IMG/VR virus record: IMGVR_UViG_3300025099_000030 | Span: 1-52,255 of that record | Length of the DNA: 52,255 nucleotides | Source of the DNA: a virus | Taxonomy: Duplodnaviria; Caudoviricetes | Direction: 5' to 3' (one strand) | Shown here: positions 7,301 to 16,444 of the stretch, piece by piece | Position numbering within the stretch: the first letter of the stretch is position 1 | How the letters are laid out: each line of letters opens with the position of its first letter | Made by a program: the position numbers and the translations under genes | Notes under the pieces: generated by a model | What the model was told of the DNA's origin: nothing | Databases searched by the model: none | What the model saw: the letters and a program-made list of their open reading frames with translations, nothing else

Positions 7301-9943
7301 TTTACACAAACTGGTGGTGGCGCTTCTACTTTTTCAGGAAATATATCTGTATCAGGTACTTCGTTTCTTGACGGCCTTGTAACAATAGATCATAATCTAA
7401 ATATACAAGCCAGTGGAGTGCTTAAAATGAGTGGCACTGAAGTTATATCAGCAGCAAGACATATTAGCGCAACAACAGGAAGTTTTTCAGGTAATATTAG
7501 TACATCGGGTGTTGTTCTCTTTAATGACAATCAAGGTATTAATTTTGGCAATAGCAATGCAAAAATTTACGGTTCAAGTGCTGATGGTATAAAGTTTAAT
7601 GGTAGCGGGTCTGAAAAGATGCGTTTAACTCAAGCGGGCAATTTAGGAATAGGGACTACGAGTCCTACGAGTAAACTTAGTATAGAAGGTAATATAACAT
7701 CCTCGGGCCATAGGTCAATAAAACATAGTGATGTTGCTCAGGACATAGTGGTTAAAGTCGTAACTAAAACTGTAGCTCATCCAGAATATGGAAATGGGAG
7801 CTCTTCAGGCTATACTATAGATGCGATTGAGGGGGCATATTTAGAATTTACACCTGGTAATACATATAAGTTTGATCAATCAGATAGTTCTAATGCTAAT
7901 CATCCTCTTAGATTTTATGAAGATGCTGCTAAAACAACAGCCTATACAACAGGCGTAACTACAAGTGGTACTCCTGGAAGCTCAGGTGCATATACACAAA
8001 TTATACCTACAACCTCCACACCCCCTGTATTGTTTTATCAGTGCAGTGCTCACGCACTTATGGGCAGCTATGTTAAATTTGGTACAGGTACTGTTGGTGA
8101 TACATATTCTATAGATGTTACACAAGACGGTAATAATGTAGATTTAAAATTAGATGCCGCAAGTGGTGCAGACTCTACTGTACAGCTTACAGCAGGCTCT
8201 AATATAACACTTACGAGAAACGATGCGCAACAAGTTACTATTGCAGCTTCTGGGGGCGGTGTAACAATACAAGAAGAAGGTAGTTCGCTTTCTACAGCGG
8301 CTACAACTCTAAACTTTACGGGGAGTGCTGTTACAGCTTCTGGGAATGGTGCTGTTAAAACTATTAATGTAACAGGTAGTGGTAGTAGCGGGAGTACTGT
8401 TACTATAGAAAAAAATGTATATACGGGAGATGGTTCAGATCTTACATTTGATACAACAACAGCCATTGTTAATGAAAACAACGTACAGGTATATATCGAC
8501 GGTGTTTACCAATCTAAAGATACCTACACAACCAGCGGCAGCACTGTAACCTTTGGGTCAGGTAATGCTCCTGCAAACGGAACATCTGTAGAGCTGATAC
8601 ACATGGTTTCTGTAGATGCAGTAATTGCAAGAGATAGTTTTACTGGCAACGGCTCGACTACAGCATATGTGCTTTCTAAAGGTATTTCAAACGAAAACGC
8701 TACGCAAGTATATTTAGATGGTGTTTACCAAAGTAAAAATAACTATTCAACTTCTGGCAGTACATTAACGTTCTCCACCGCACCACCGAACGGTACTGCT
8801 ATAGAGGTTGTTCATATAAAAGCAAGTGTAGATTCAAGTACGCAGTGGCAATCTTCTATTAAAACAGCAGATTTTACTGCTTCAGCCGGGGAAGGATATT
8901 TTGTTAACACAACGTCAGGAGGAGTTACTGTAACTTTGCCTTCTAGCCCAGCACTAGGAGATACAGTTACAATTTCAGATTACGGTGGTAGCTCAGCAAC
9001 TAATAATATAGTGTTTACTTCTTCTAATAATATACAAGGAGCGTCGGCTAATAAAATATTAAATAAAAATAATAGTTCAGTAGAGCTTGTTTATTCTGAT
9101 TCAACAAAAGGGTGGGTTACTGCTTCAGACTCAAATGATGCGCTGTCCGCTATTCCTTTAACAGTTCACTATTTAGTTGTAGCAGGTGGAGGCGGAACTT
9201 CAACCGATAGTCCAGGTGGTGGCGGGGCCGGGGGTCTTAGGACGTCATGGGCAGGAGGATCGGGCGGTGGCGGTGCTTCCGAATCTCCCTTGTCTTTATC
9301 AGTTGCTACAAATTATTCAGTAGCTGTAGGAGGCGGTGGTGGTGCGGCAGCAAATGGAACAAATTCTACTTTTTCTACAATTACTTCTATAGGTGGTGGA
9401 AAAGGTGGTGGTGCAACAGCTGGAAGTTATCCGGGATCTGTAGGAGGTTCTGGAGGTGGTGGAGCTGGGGGCTCTTATGGTGCCGCTGGAGGAGCTGGAA
9501 CAGCTAACCAAGGATTTGCAGGAGGTACATCAGGAGCTGCTGGTTCTGGTGCAACCTATCCCGGTGGTGGTGGTGGTGGTGCTAGTGCTGTTGGTGCTAG
9601 TGCGTCCAATGGAGGGCCCGGTGGTAATGGTGGGGCAGGAAAATCTGTTTCTATAACAGGAAGTGCAGTAACATATGCTGGTGGTGGTGGTGGAACATCT
9701 GCATCAGTTCAAGGTTCAGGTGGCGCTGGCGGTGGTGGAGCTGGTGGGTCTGGGGCTAATAATGGTACCAATAATACTGGTGGTGGAGGTGGTGGTACTT
9801 CCGCATCAGGTGGTAGCGGGGTAGTAATACTTAGATATCCAAATGCCTTTACAATAAGTGGTTTGTCAGGAACAACAACTACGTCTGGAACTGATAAAAT
9901 AACAACATTTACAACCGGTTCAGGAAATATACAATTTAACTAA
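4346..9943 (+). CDS. long modular tail fibre / receptor-binding protein
   Basis: 1865 aa; repeated ERMRI-x3-GNVGIGTxSP shaft units, cupredoxin-like domain, two VYxDGVYQ repeats, Gly-rich C-terminal domain. Confidence 0.88.
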   Translation: MARISQYDQDGTLNKLDKVLGTDSTTGATKNYSIESMIGLVNSDDLVDVFDGVSYAFKDYAAGSTTPKGIINLNAGAASNAAFSAINQIYISVLDKQGNSIANYLDDTLNGQIRIVQKSNIDVYGVFEVTAITNHDSAAYKKLTVTPKINNGNITVNGEYFISNFSAVFDQDFSDDSVTEFGDVTNAGSGQIITSAERTSLNNFTANGLLHADVVNTVTSTATNVPLSAAQGKVLKDLIDTINALLTSDNTDLDSLQEVVDFIEANKSTLDSLSISNIAGLQAALDAKQATETGKGLSANDFTAALLTKLNGIAAQAEVNVNANWNETNSNSDAFIQNKPTDLTTLSAHGVTELSDITSAGSGSIISSAERTKLTGIETSADVTDTTNVTAAGALMDSEVTNLSQVKAFDTTDYATAAQGAKADSAQQPPSEGAFVDGDKTKLDNTISSTGSGVANKIVIWSGASTLTQDTNLHWDTSNDRLGIGTTSPSHILTLESASSPALKIKDTTQGTTLLAFSQDANSHIGTFSNHPLVFDTNSAERMRINSSGDVGIGTDSPQAKLDVVVSDVSVSPNGNSSAVFRRNGDNYISLLSSTAGEGGVLFGNSGDAADGWLAYKNGSGNQYITIGTANSEKMRIDSAGKVGIGHSVLYHKFSVNGNIDIRGGNGSFLTFNNGDAKIIANNNGAGRDLSFETYNGSSSAERMRITAGGEVGIGTTSPDAKLDIQGDGADFFLQSADFKIARIQPRGTGANLDKGLFSLFDGSAENVRIDTEGNSWLNGGNVGIGHTSPTAPLDVRRSDASGRVAEFHNNVGYGINIDVESDGGVNTIGTATNQALAFVTNGGSNERMRIDVAGNVGIGTSSPTSVGGGAKLTVLQGADGNIVFARGGSTRQVQLGTTSTTGYINADNASGGLTFNVNTTERMRLNTSGNLGIGTSSPSEKLTVSGNGNFTGKLAVGSTASHSTYEFYNQDRAYFNGAVIVDDTFTQTGGGASTFSGNISVSGTSFLDGLVTIDHNLNIQASGVLKMSGTEVISAARHISATTGSFSGNISTSGVVLFNDNQGINFGNSNAKIYGSSADGIKFNGSGSEKMRLTQAGNLGIGTTSPTSKLSIEGNITSSGHRSIKHSDVAQDIVVKVVTKTVAHPEYGNGSSSGYTIDAIEGAYLEFTPGNTYKFDQSDSSNANHPLRFYEDAAKTTAYTTGVTTSGTPGSSGAYTQIIPTTSTPPVLFYQCSAHALMGSYVKFGTGTVGDTYSIDVTQDGNNVDLKLDAASGADSTVQLTAGSNITLTRNDAQQVTIAASGGGVTIQEEGSSLSTAATTLNFTGSAVTASGNGAVKTINVTGSGSSGSTVTIEKNVYTGDGSDLTFDTTTAIVNENNVQVYIDGVYQSKDTYTTSGSTVTFGSGNAPANGTSVELIHMVSVDAVIARDSFTGNGSTTAYVLSKGISNENATQVYLDGVYQSKNNYSTSGSTLTFSTAPPNGTAIEVVHIKASVDSSTQWQSSIKTADFTASAGEGYFVNTTSGGVTVTLPSSPALGDTVTISDYGGSSATNNIVFTSSNNIQGASANKILNKNNSSVELVYSDSTKGWVTASDSNDALSAIPLTVHYLVVAGGGGTSTDSPGGGGAGGLRTSWAGGSGGGGASESPLSLSVATNYSVAVGGGGGAAANGTNSTFSTITSIGGGKGGGATAGSYPGSVGGSGGGGAGGSYGAAGGAGTANQGFAGGTSGAAGSGATYPGGGGGGASAVGASASNGGPGGNGGAGKSVSITGSAVTYAGGGGGTSASVQGSGGAGGGGAGGSGANNGTNNTGGGGGGTSASGGSGVVILRYPNAFTISGLSGTTTTSGTDKITTFTTGSGNIQFN
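5760..7690 (+). repeat. about 8 degenerate E(R/K)MRI-x3-G(N/D)VGIGTxSP tail-fibre repeats
   Basis: Visible in translation and partly in DNA (gaaagaatgcg...ggcat(a/t)gggact); boundaries approximate. Confidence 0.8.
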
Positions 9944-9946
9944 AAT

Positions 9947-10318
9947 ATGGCACATTACGCTTTTTTAAATATGCAAAACGTTGTTACCGAAGTAATAACA
10001 GGTAAAGATGAAACAGAAGGCCCCACAAATTGGGAAATACATTATGGTAATCTACGTGAACAAATTTGTAAAAGAACATCTTATAATACAAGTGCGGGAG
10101 AGCATAGACGGGGTGGTATACCATTTAGAAAAAACTATGCGGGCATCGGTTATACTTATGATGTTGCAAAAGATGCTTTTATACCTCCCCAGCCTTTTGC
10201 TAGTTGGACATTAAATAAAGATAAGTGTATATGGGATGCCCCAGTGGAGTATCCATCAGATAGCAAACTATATAAATGGAATGAAGACACCATATCTTGG
10301 GACGAAATAACAAAATAA
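9947..10318 (+). CDS. conserved hypothetical partner of Gly-rich fibre domain
   Basis: MAHYA...RTSYNT...FRKNYAGIGYTYD...DAFIPPQPFASWTL pattern, recalled as following Gly-rich domains in aquatic phages. Confidence 0.75.
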   Translation: MAHYAFLNMQNVVTEVITGKDETEGPTNWEIHYGNLREQICKRTSYNTSAGEHRRGGIPFRKNYAGIGYTYDVAKDAFIPPQPFASWTLNKDKCIWDAPVEYPSDSKLYKWNEDTISWDEITK

Positions 10319-10331
10319 AATATCATAAAAA

Positions 10332-10712
10332 ATGGCTCTAACAAAAGTAACACATGCTGTATTAGAGAACAGATACACAGCAAAAGCAACGAGCACCGCA
10401 ACCGGTAGCCAGAATTTGGATGCATCAACAGCAACAACTTTTATGCTCACAGGCAACGTTGCAACTGCAACGCTTACTATTCAAAATATGAAATTGGGTC
10501 AAGTAATTGATATTGTTCTTTCTGGCACCTTAAGTAGTGCGGTAATTACTCTTGCTACTAATTTTTCAAGTGCTACAATTAGTAAAGTAGGGAGTACATC
10601 ATTAGACCAATCCGCAACAAATTTCATTCAAGTGGTTTGTGTTGATGATACTGATAATGCAGCAATATTACTATATTCAATTAACACGTACGCGACAGAT
10701 ACAACTCCTTAA
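10332..10712 (+). CDS. putative small tail-fibre-associated structural protein
   Basis: MALTKV N-terminus, Thr/Ala-rich beta composition, context. Confidence 0.6.
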   Translation: MALTKVTHAVLENRYTAKATSTATGSQNLDASTATTFMLTGNVATATLTIQNMKLGQVIDIVLSGTLSSAVITLATNFSSATISKVGSTSLDQSATNFIQVVCVDDTDNAAILLYSINTYATDTTP

Positions 10713-10714
10713 TT

Positions 10715-11200
10715 ATGAAAGCAAGAGAACACAACGGAAATATTACAACCTACAATAGCTTACCCGAAACTTGGAATGGCTCAGATGGTCACATAATGAA
10801 TTTTAGAAATGCATCAACGGAGGTTGTTGAGGCGGAGGGTTTTTTTGATGTTCAAAATCCCGATGGTTATGATGGCAGGATTCACGATTTAACTGACTTA
10901 ACTTTTGATTCTGAAGATAATGTTTTTGTTTACTCCAAGGAGGATAAAACTTGGTCTGAAACTTTAGCGGAATTAAAAGCGAGTAAAATTACATCTTTGA
11001 AATCAATATACAATTCAGAACTTTCAAAAACTGATTGGATCATTGTAAGGGATTCAGAACTTGGCAACACAACCGAACAATCTGTAAAGGATTCAAGGGC
11101 GGCATTAAGAACTGAATGTGCAACTAAAGAAGCTGAAATAAATGCCCTAACCTCAAAAGCAAACGTAATTACTTACCAACTACCTAATTTAAATGTATGA
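10715..11200 (+). CDS. putative tail fibre assembly chaperone
   Basis: C-terminal LSKTDWIIVR...RAALR motif typical of tail assembly chaperones. Confidence 0.6.
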   Translation: MKAREHNGNITTYNSLPETWNGSDGHIMNFRNASTEVVEAEGFFDVQNPDGYDGRIHDLTDLTFDSEDNVFVYSKEDKTWSETLAELKASKITSLKSIYNSELSKTDWIIVRDSELGNTTEQSVKDSRAALRTECATKEAEINALTSKANVITYQLPNLNV

Positions 11201-12240
11201 GTTTAGGCAGAAGATTAATTTCAACAGGAGCACCTGAAGTATCGCTTTTTAAAACTATACTATACGCAGGGGATAATAGCACATCAAATGTTCAAACAGG
11301 GGTAGGATTTCAACCTGATTTAGTGTGGGTTAAACAAAGAACTGATGGTTCTGACCACGTTTTGTTTGATGTTGTTAGAGGCGCAGGTGCAGGTAAGAGT
11401 TTAAGTGCAAATGCTACATATTCCGAAGGCCTATATGATGCAGGATATGGTTTTGTAAAATCTTTTGATGCAAATGGATTTACAGTATCAGCAGGAACTT
11501 CAAGTCCTAATTCTGCAGCGTACACAAACAAATCAGGTGATAATTATGTGGCTTGGAATTTTAAGGCAGGTGGTTCTGTTTCAGCAGGAAACAATACAGT
11601 TGGCGATATAACAAGTACAGTTAGTGCCAACCAAGATGGTGGTTTTTCAATAGTACGTTACACTGGGACATCAGGTTATACAGACACAGTAGGACACGGT
11701 CTTTTATCACCACCTGAAATTATTATACAAAAAAACATTAATCAACCCGGAGGTGCGGTAGGTTGGTATGTACATACAAATTTGATTGATGGAAGTAATG
11801 ATTATTTAGTTTTAAATTCAACTGCGGCAAAAGGTGACAATTCACATAATTTTGCATTTAACTCCACAACTTTTACAGATTGGGGTTGGTCCGGTTACGA
11901 TATGATAAACTACTGTTTCCATTCTGTGAGTGGAGTGAGTAAGATGGGCAAATATACCGGGGCAACATCGGGAGTGACTGAAAATGTAGGTTTTGCGCCA
12001 TCTATGGTAATGATAAAAAACGCTACGCAAAGTGACTATTGGGGAATATTTGATAATAAAAGACCGAGCGGAACAGGTAACAGGAGTTATTTGTATCCAA
12101 ATTCAGCCGATGATGAAGATGTTTATAGTGGGAGTTTGTCTGGGGTAACTTTAACCACAACAGGATTTGCCATAAACAATACAAATAGTCATATGGTTAA
12201 TCAAAATGGAGAAACCTATTTATATATGGCATTTAAATAA
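11197..12240 (+). CDS. putative tail tip / lectin-like structural protein
   Basis: Internal repeats GVGFQPDLVWVK / GHGLLSPPEIIIQK / VGFAPSMVMIK; YVAWNFKAG; ends YLYMAF. Confidence 0.7.
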   Translation: MSLGRRLISTGAPEVSLFKTILYAGDNSTSNVQTGVGFQPDLVWVKQRTDGSDHVLFDVVRGAGAGKSLSANATYSEGLYDAGYGFVKSFDANGFTVSAGTSSPNSAAYTNKSGDNYVAWNFKAGGSVSAGNNTVGDITSTVSANQDGGFSIVRYTGTSGYTDTVGHGLLSPPEIIIQKNINQPGGAVGWYVHTNLIDGSNDYLVLNSTAAKGDNSHNFAFNSTTFTDWGWSGYDMINYCFHSVSGVSKMGKYTGATSGVTENVGFAPSMVMIKNATQSDYWGIFDNKRPSGTGNRSYLYPNSADDEDVYSGSLSGVTLTTTGFAINNTNSHMVNQNGETYLYMAFK

Positions 12241-12248
12241 AATTAAAT

Positions 12249-12662
12249 ATGGCTAAAAAACGTTTTAAAGATACCGGCGTTGGGAAATTCTTATTAGAAA
12301 AAATTCCTAACGTCGTTGGCGCGATTGCGGGTGATACACCAGTTGGTTCAGTAATACAAGCTATTATTGGAGGATCTGATATGTCAGAGGCCGATAAAAA
12401 AATTGCACTTAAAAAATTAGATATTGAAAGAGCAGAAATAGACGGCACGACTAAGCGCTGGGTTGCAGATGCAACTTCGGGTTCTTGGCTTGCTGCTAAT
12501 GTTCGGCCTTTAACTTTAGTATTTCTTACCGTCAGCTATGTAGCTGGATGGTATATGGGGTATCCACTAGATTCAATTACAGGGTTACTTACTATTGTTA
12601 TTGGCGGTTATTTCGGCTCGCGAGGTGTAGAAAAAGTATTTGGGAACAGTAAACACAAATAA
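12249..12662 (+). CDS. putative holin (3TM/GTA-holin-like)
   Basis: RWVAD...SWLAANVRPL + hydrophobic helices + GGYFGSRGVEK; upstream of endolysin. Confidence 0.7.
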   Translation: MAKKRFKDTGVGKFLLEKIPNVVGAIAGDTPVGSVIQAIIGGSDMSEADKKIALKKLDIERAEIDGTTKRWVADATSGSWLAANVRPLTLVFLTVSYVAGWYMGYPLDSITGLLTIVIGGYFGSRGVEKVFGNSKHK

Positions 12663-12820
12663 TGAATGATTTAAAGATTTACGGCATAAACGTCGGAGCG
12701 GTAGCCTTTTCGGCTATACCAAACATTAACCCCACTTTGCAGACCATAGTATTGGTTATGACAATAATATACACTGGGATGAATATTTATATAAAATTAA
12801 AAGATAGAAATAAAAAATGA
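12662..12820 (+). CDS. 52-aa membrane protein, second holin/antiholin candidate (not in ORF track)
   Basis: MNDLKIYGINVGAVAFSAIPNINPTLQTIVLVMTIIYTGMNIYIKLKDRNKK*; overlaps both neighbours (TAATG, ATGA). Confidence 0.7.
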   Translation: MNDLKIYGINVGAVAFSAIPNINPTLQTIVLVMTIIYTGMNIYIKLKDRNKK

Positions 12821-13161
12821 AATACTTTGAAGAATCTGAATTTAACGGTTTTGAAATGATGGATGAAAAGCTTCTTTCAATGTTAGATAATTTAAGAGAA
12901 GCATACGGCTACCCAATTAAATTGACATCAACTTATAGAAGTCCTGACCACCCTATAGAAGCCAAGAAATCTAAACCAGGCGAGCATGCTTATGGTGCGG
13001 CTGTTGATATTGCGTGTGTGGGTGGCGAAGCAACTTTTAAATTAGTTAAAGCTGCCATTGAAGTAGGATTCACTCGTATAGGTATTTCAAGAAAAAGTAA
13101 TTTTGTACACGTGGGTATCGGCTATCCAGACGCGCCCGATACAACTATATGGACATACTAA
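12817..13161 (+). CDS. endolysin, peptidase M15A family
   Basis: LTSTYRSPDH, GEHAYGAAVDI (H-x6-D), FVHV zinc ligands. Confidence 0.88.
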   Translation: MKYFEESEFNGFEMMDEKLLSMLDNLREAYGYPIKLTSTYRSPDHPIEAKKSKPGEHAYGAAVDIACVGGEATFKLVKAAIEVGFTRIGISRKSNFVHVGIGYPDAPDTTIWTY

Positions 13162-13171
13162 AATAAATTAA

Positions 13172-13390
13172 ATGAAATTAATTAGAAAAATAAGCGTAGG
13201 CCAAGATTATAAAAACGAAGCTATGCATTACTCGGTAGGCCAAGAGGTTTACGGTGGGCACACGATATGTGATATTATTGAAGAAGAAGGTTCTTATCAA
13301 ATATATATTGAAAAGAAAGGATCGCAGTTGCCGTGGAAACATTTTAATAAGAATATGGCTGTGTCTATAGAATACAATTTAGATTATTAA
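13172..13390 (+). CDS. conserved hypothetical phage protein
   Basis: Clean ORF abutting next gene; LIRKISVG...AMHYSVGQ. Confidence 0.75.
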   Translation: MKLIRKISVGQDYKNEAMHYSVGQEVYGGHTICDIIEEEGSYQIYIEKKGSQLPWKHFNKNMAVSIEYNLDY

Positions 13391-13978
13391 ATGAAGTCAT
13401 TATACAATTATATTATATCAACAAATGACAGATACAATAATAAAACATCTGTCGGTGGTAAAGAGCTTATATTAAATACTGAAATAACAGAAAGAGATTA
13501 CCAGTTTGTAAATCGAATTGGTATAGTAATAAGCACACCTATAAATATTAAAACCCCCATAAAGAAAGGTGATCAAGTTATAATACATCACAATGTATTT
13601 AGAAGATGGTACGATGTTAAAGGCAATGAAAGAAACTCAGGCAGTTACATAGATGAAGATAGATACTCAGTATCACCTGATCAGCTATTCGCATATAACC
13701 AAAATGGCAAATGGCATTGTTTAAATATGTATTGTTTTGTAGAACCTTTAGAAAACGAAAACATATGGAGCACCGAGAGCGAACAAAAACTTTTAGGAGT
13801 GCTTACATATACTAACGACTATTTAAGCTCGTTAGGATTGTCCTGTGGGGATATTGTGGGCTTTACGCCAGAATCTGAGTATGAATTTAACATAGATGAT
13901 AAAAAATTATATAGAATTTTATCAACGGAAATAACTATCAACTATGGACATAAAAAAGAAACGCAAACTTATTCTTGA
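13391..13978 (+). CDS. tandem GroES-like co-chaperonin domain protein
   Basis: Two GroES-like units: GIVISTP...IKKGDQVIIHH and GVLTY...LSCGDIVGF...EFNIDDKKLYRI. Confidence 0.6.
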   Translation: MKSLYNYIISTNDRYNNKTSVGGKELILNTEITERDYQFVNRIGIVISTPINIKTPIKKGDQVIIHHNVFRRWYDVKGNERNSGSYIDEDRYSVSPDQLFAYNQNGKWHCLNMYCFVEPLENENIWSTESEQKLLGVLTYTNDYLSSLGLSCGDIVGFTPESEYEFNIDDKKLYRILSTEITINYGHKKETQTYS

Positions 13979-14204
13979 TGCTGCTGAAAATTCAATTGAT
14001 GAATTAATAAAAGTGATGAATAAGAGAATGGATCCAGACGAGCTAGATCCTGAAAAAGTAAAAATATCAGCCTCAGCTTACAGGCTTGCAATGGAAGATG
14101 CTATTGCCCTTTTACAAAGAGTAGAAGAAATAAATGAAATGATGAACGAATCACCTAAGACTGCTAAAGATAGTTTTTATGGTGTAGAAAATAGAGTTAA
14201 GTAA
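13944..14204 (+). CDS. putative terminase small subunit
   Basis: Small helical protein translationally coupled (TAATG) to TerL. Confidence 0.5.
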   Translation: MDIKKKRKLILDAAENSIDELIKVMNKRMDPDELDPEKVKISASAYRLAMEDAIALLQRVEEINEMMNESPKTAKDSFYGVENRVK

Positions 14205-16441
14205 TGTATAAACAAAATCTATATGCTATACACTCTGCACATTTATCTACTAAAAATGTAAAAAGAAACAATAAGCTAAAAAATTACAAGTACGGTTATA
14301 ATGACGATCTTGACTGCGTAGTGATAAGCAAAGATGGAACTATAGGTGAAATTTTTGAAGTACAAGGATTGCGTATTGCACTTCCTGCAATACCAAAAGA
14401 GGTATATTCAAATAGCGAAAAACCTGAAGATCAAGTTTTTAAGCAAACCTTAAAACCTGCTACGCTATCAAAAATTAAATCAATACATGATTTTCAATTA
14501 TATCCAGATGACATTAAAGAAAAGTATTACGAATATATTAATTCAGAGTTTGATTATCGCAGTGATGGTTACTGGTTTATGTGCAACGGCACAACAACCT
14601 ATATTACAGGAGCGCACTATATGTACCTCAACTGGACAAAAATTGATGTTGGTGCACCAGAGTTCAGACAATCAAACAAAATATTCTTTTATTTTTGGGA
14701 AGCTTGCAAAGCGGATTACAGATGTTATGGAATGTGCTACCTCAAAAATAGACGGAGTGGATTCTCCTTTATGGCAAGCGCAGAAACAGTTAATCAAGCT
14801 ACAATATCAAAAGATGCAAGATTTGGGGTATTATCAAAAAGCGGAGGTGACGCAAAAAAAATGTTTACCGACAAGATTGTACCTATATCGATCAACTACC
14901 CATTCTTCTTTAAACCAATACAAGATGGTATGGAAAGACCTAAAACAGAACTTTCCTATAAAATACCGTCTAAAAGGCTTACAAGAAATTCACTCAAAGC
15001 AACCGATCAAAACGAAGTACAGGTTGGGGAAGGATTGGACACTACAATTGACTGGAAAAACACGGGAGACAACTCATATGACGGTGAAAAACTAAAACTA
15101 TTAGTTCACGATGAATCCGGTAAATGGGAAAAACCTGATAATATATTAAACAACTGGCGTGTTACTAAAACCTGTTTAAGGCTAGGCGCTAAAGTTGTTG
15201 GCAAATGCATGATGGGGTCTACATCAAACGCTCTAGATAAAGGTGGTAATAACTTTAAAAAATTATACAATGATTCAAAAGTTGAAAACCGAAATCGCAA
15301 TGGGCAGACTGCTAGTGGACTATACTCTTTGTTCATACCTATGGAGTGGAACTATGAAGGATTCATCAACAAATATGGATTTCCTGTATTCGATCATCCA
15401 GAAAAACCGATCGAAGGAATTGATGGGGAGCTTATCAGACATGGAGTCATCGATCATTGGGAGAATGAAGCAGATGGACTCAAAGGGAATAATGATGCTT
15501 TAAATGAATTTTATAGGCAATTTCCAAGAAGTGAAAAGCACGCGTTTAGAGATGAAATAGAAAAGTCTTTATTCAATCTAAATAAAATATACGAACAAAT
15601 AGATTTCAACGAAGAAATGACAATGAAGGGTTATGTAACCCGCGGTTCATTTAGCTGGAAAAATGGTGTTAAAGATTCTACAGTAGAATTTTACCCAAAC
15701 AAAACAGGTAGATTTAAATTATCCTGGATTCCGCCTGTTGAAATGCAAAACAATATAATAGTAAAAAACGGTATTAAATACCCAGGCAATAAAGATTTAG
15801 GTGCTTTTGGTTGTGATAGCTATGATATTAGCGGAACTACTGATGGTAGCGGGTCTAATGGTGCTCTTCATGGGCTTACTACATTTAGTATGCTTTCAGA
15901 TGTACCGTCTAGCCAATTCTTTTTAGAATATGTTGCTAGGCCACAAACAGCTGAAATATTTTTTGAAGATGTACTTATGGCAATGATATTTTACGGTATG
16001 CCTATACTTGCTGAAAATAACAAACCTAGATTATTATATCATATTAAAAGAAGGGGCTATAGAGGTTTTTCTATGAATAGACCAGATAGATCCCGCAGAA
16101 AACTATCTATAACAGAAAAAGAATTAGGTGGTATACCTAATACTTCAGAAGATATAAGACAAGCTCATGCAGCCGCAATCGAAAGCTATATTGAAACCCA
16201 TGTTGGGTTAGCGGAAAATGGCGATTATGGCAAAATGTACTTTCAAAGAACATTAGAAGACTGGGCTAAATTTGATATTAATAAAAGAACAAAGTTTGAT
16301 GCATCTATAAGTTCAGGCCTTGCTATAATGGCATGCCAAAGACACTTGTATGCATCTAAAACAACTAGAGAAGTTAAGAAAATAGACTTTGGGTTTTCAA
16401 AATATAATAACCAAGGTTCAAAAAGTCAAATAATACAATAA
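14204..16441 (+). CDS. terL: terminase large subunit
   Basis: Walker A-like KNRRSGFS, Walker B LLVHDE, motif III GST, nuclease GCDSYD and C-terminal FDA. Confidence 0.92.
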   Translation: MYKQNLYAIHSAHLSTKNVKRNNKLKNYKYGYNDDLDCVVISKDGTIGEIFEVQGLRIALPAIPKEVYSNSEKPEDQVFKQTLKPATLSKIKSIHDFQLYPDDIKEKYYEYINSEFDYRSDGYWFMCNGTTTYITGAHYMYLNWTKIDVGAPEFRQSNKIFFYFWEACKADYRCYGMCYLKNRRSGFSFMASAETVNQATISKDARFGVLSKSGGDAKKMFTDKIVPISINYPFFFKPIQDGMERPKTELSYKIPSKRLTRNSLKATDQNEVQVGEGLDTTIDWKNTGDNSYDGEKLKLLVHDESGKWEKPDNILNNWRVTKTCLRLGAKVVGKCMMGSTSNALDKGGNNFKKLYNDSKVENRNRNGQTASGLYSLFIPMEWNYEGFINKYGFPVFDHPEKPIEGIDGELIRHGVIDHWENEADGLKGNNDALNEFYRQFPRSEKHAFRDEIEKSLFNLNKIYEQIDFNEEMTMKGYVTRGSFSWKNGVKDSTVEFYPNKTGRFKLSWIPPVEMQNNIIVKNGIKYPGNKDLGAFGCDSYDISGTTDGSGSNGALHGLTTFSMLSDVPSSQFFLEYVARPQTAEIFFEDVLMAMIFYGMPILAENNKPRLLYHIKRRGYRGFSMNRPDRSRRKLSITEKELGGIPNTSEDIRQAHAAAIESYIETHVGLAENGDYGKMYFQRTLEDWAKFDINKRTKFDASISSGLAIMACQRHLYASKTTREVKKIDFGFSKYNNQGSKSQIIQ

Positions 16442-16444
16442 AAA

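Noticed and set aside
9180-9830. GGT/GGA-rich low-complexity tract as a DNA repeat element or DGR variable region
   Set aside because: Explained by the Gly-rich protein domain; no template/variable repeat pair or reverse transcriptase seen.
14487-15095. 202-aa same-strand alternative-frame ORF inside terL (also 15243-15503)
   Set aside because: Fully nested in a conserved gene with no recognisable motif; probably a codon-bias shadow, though dual coding cannot be formally excluded.
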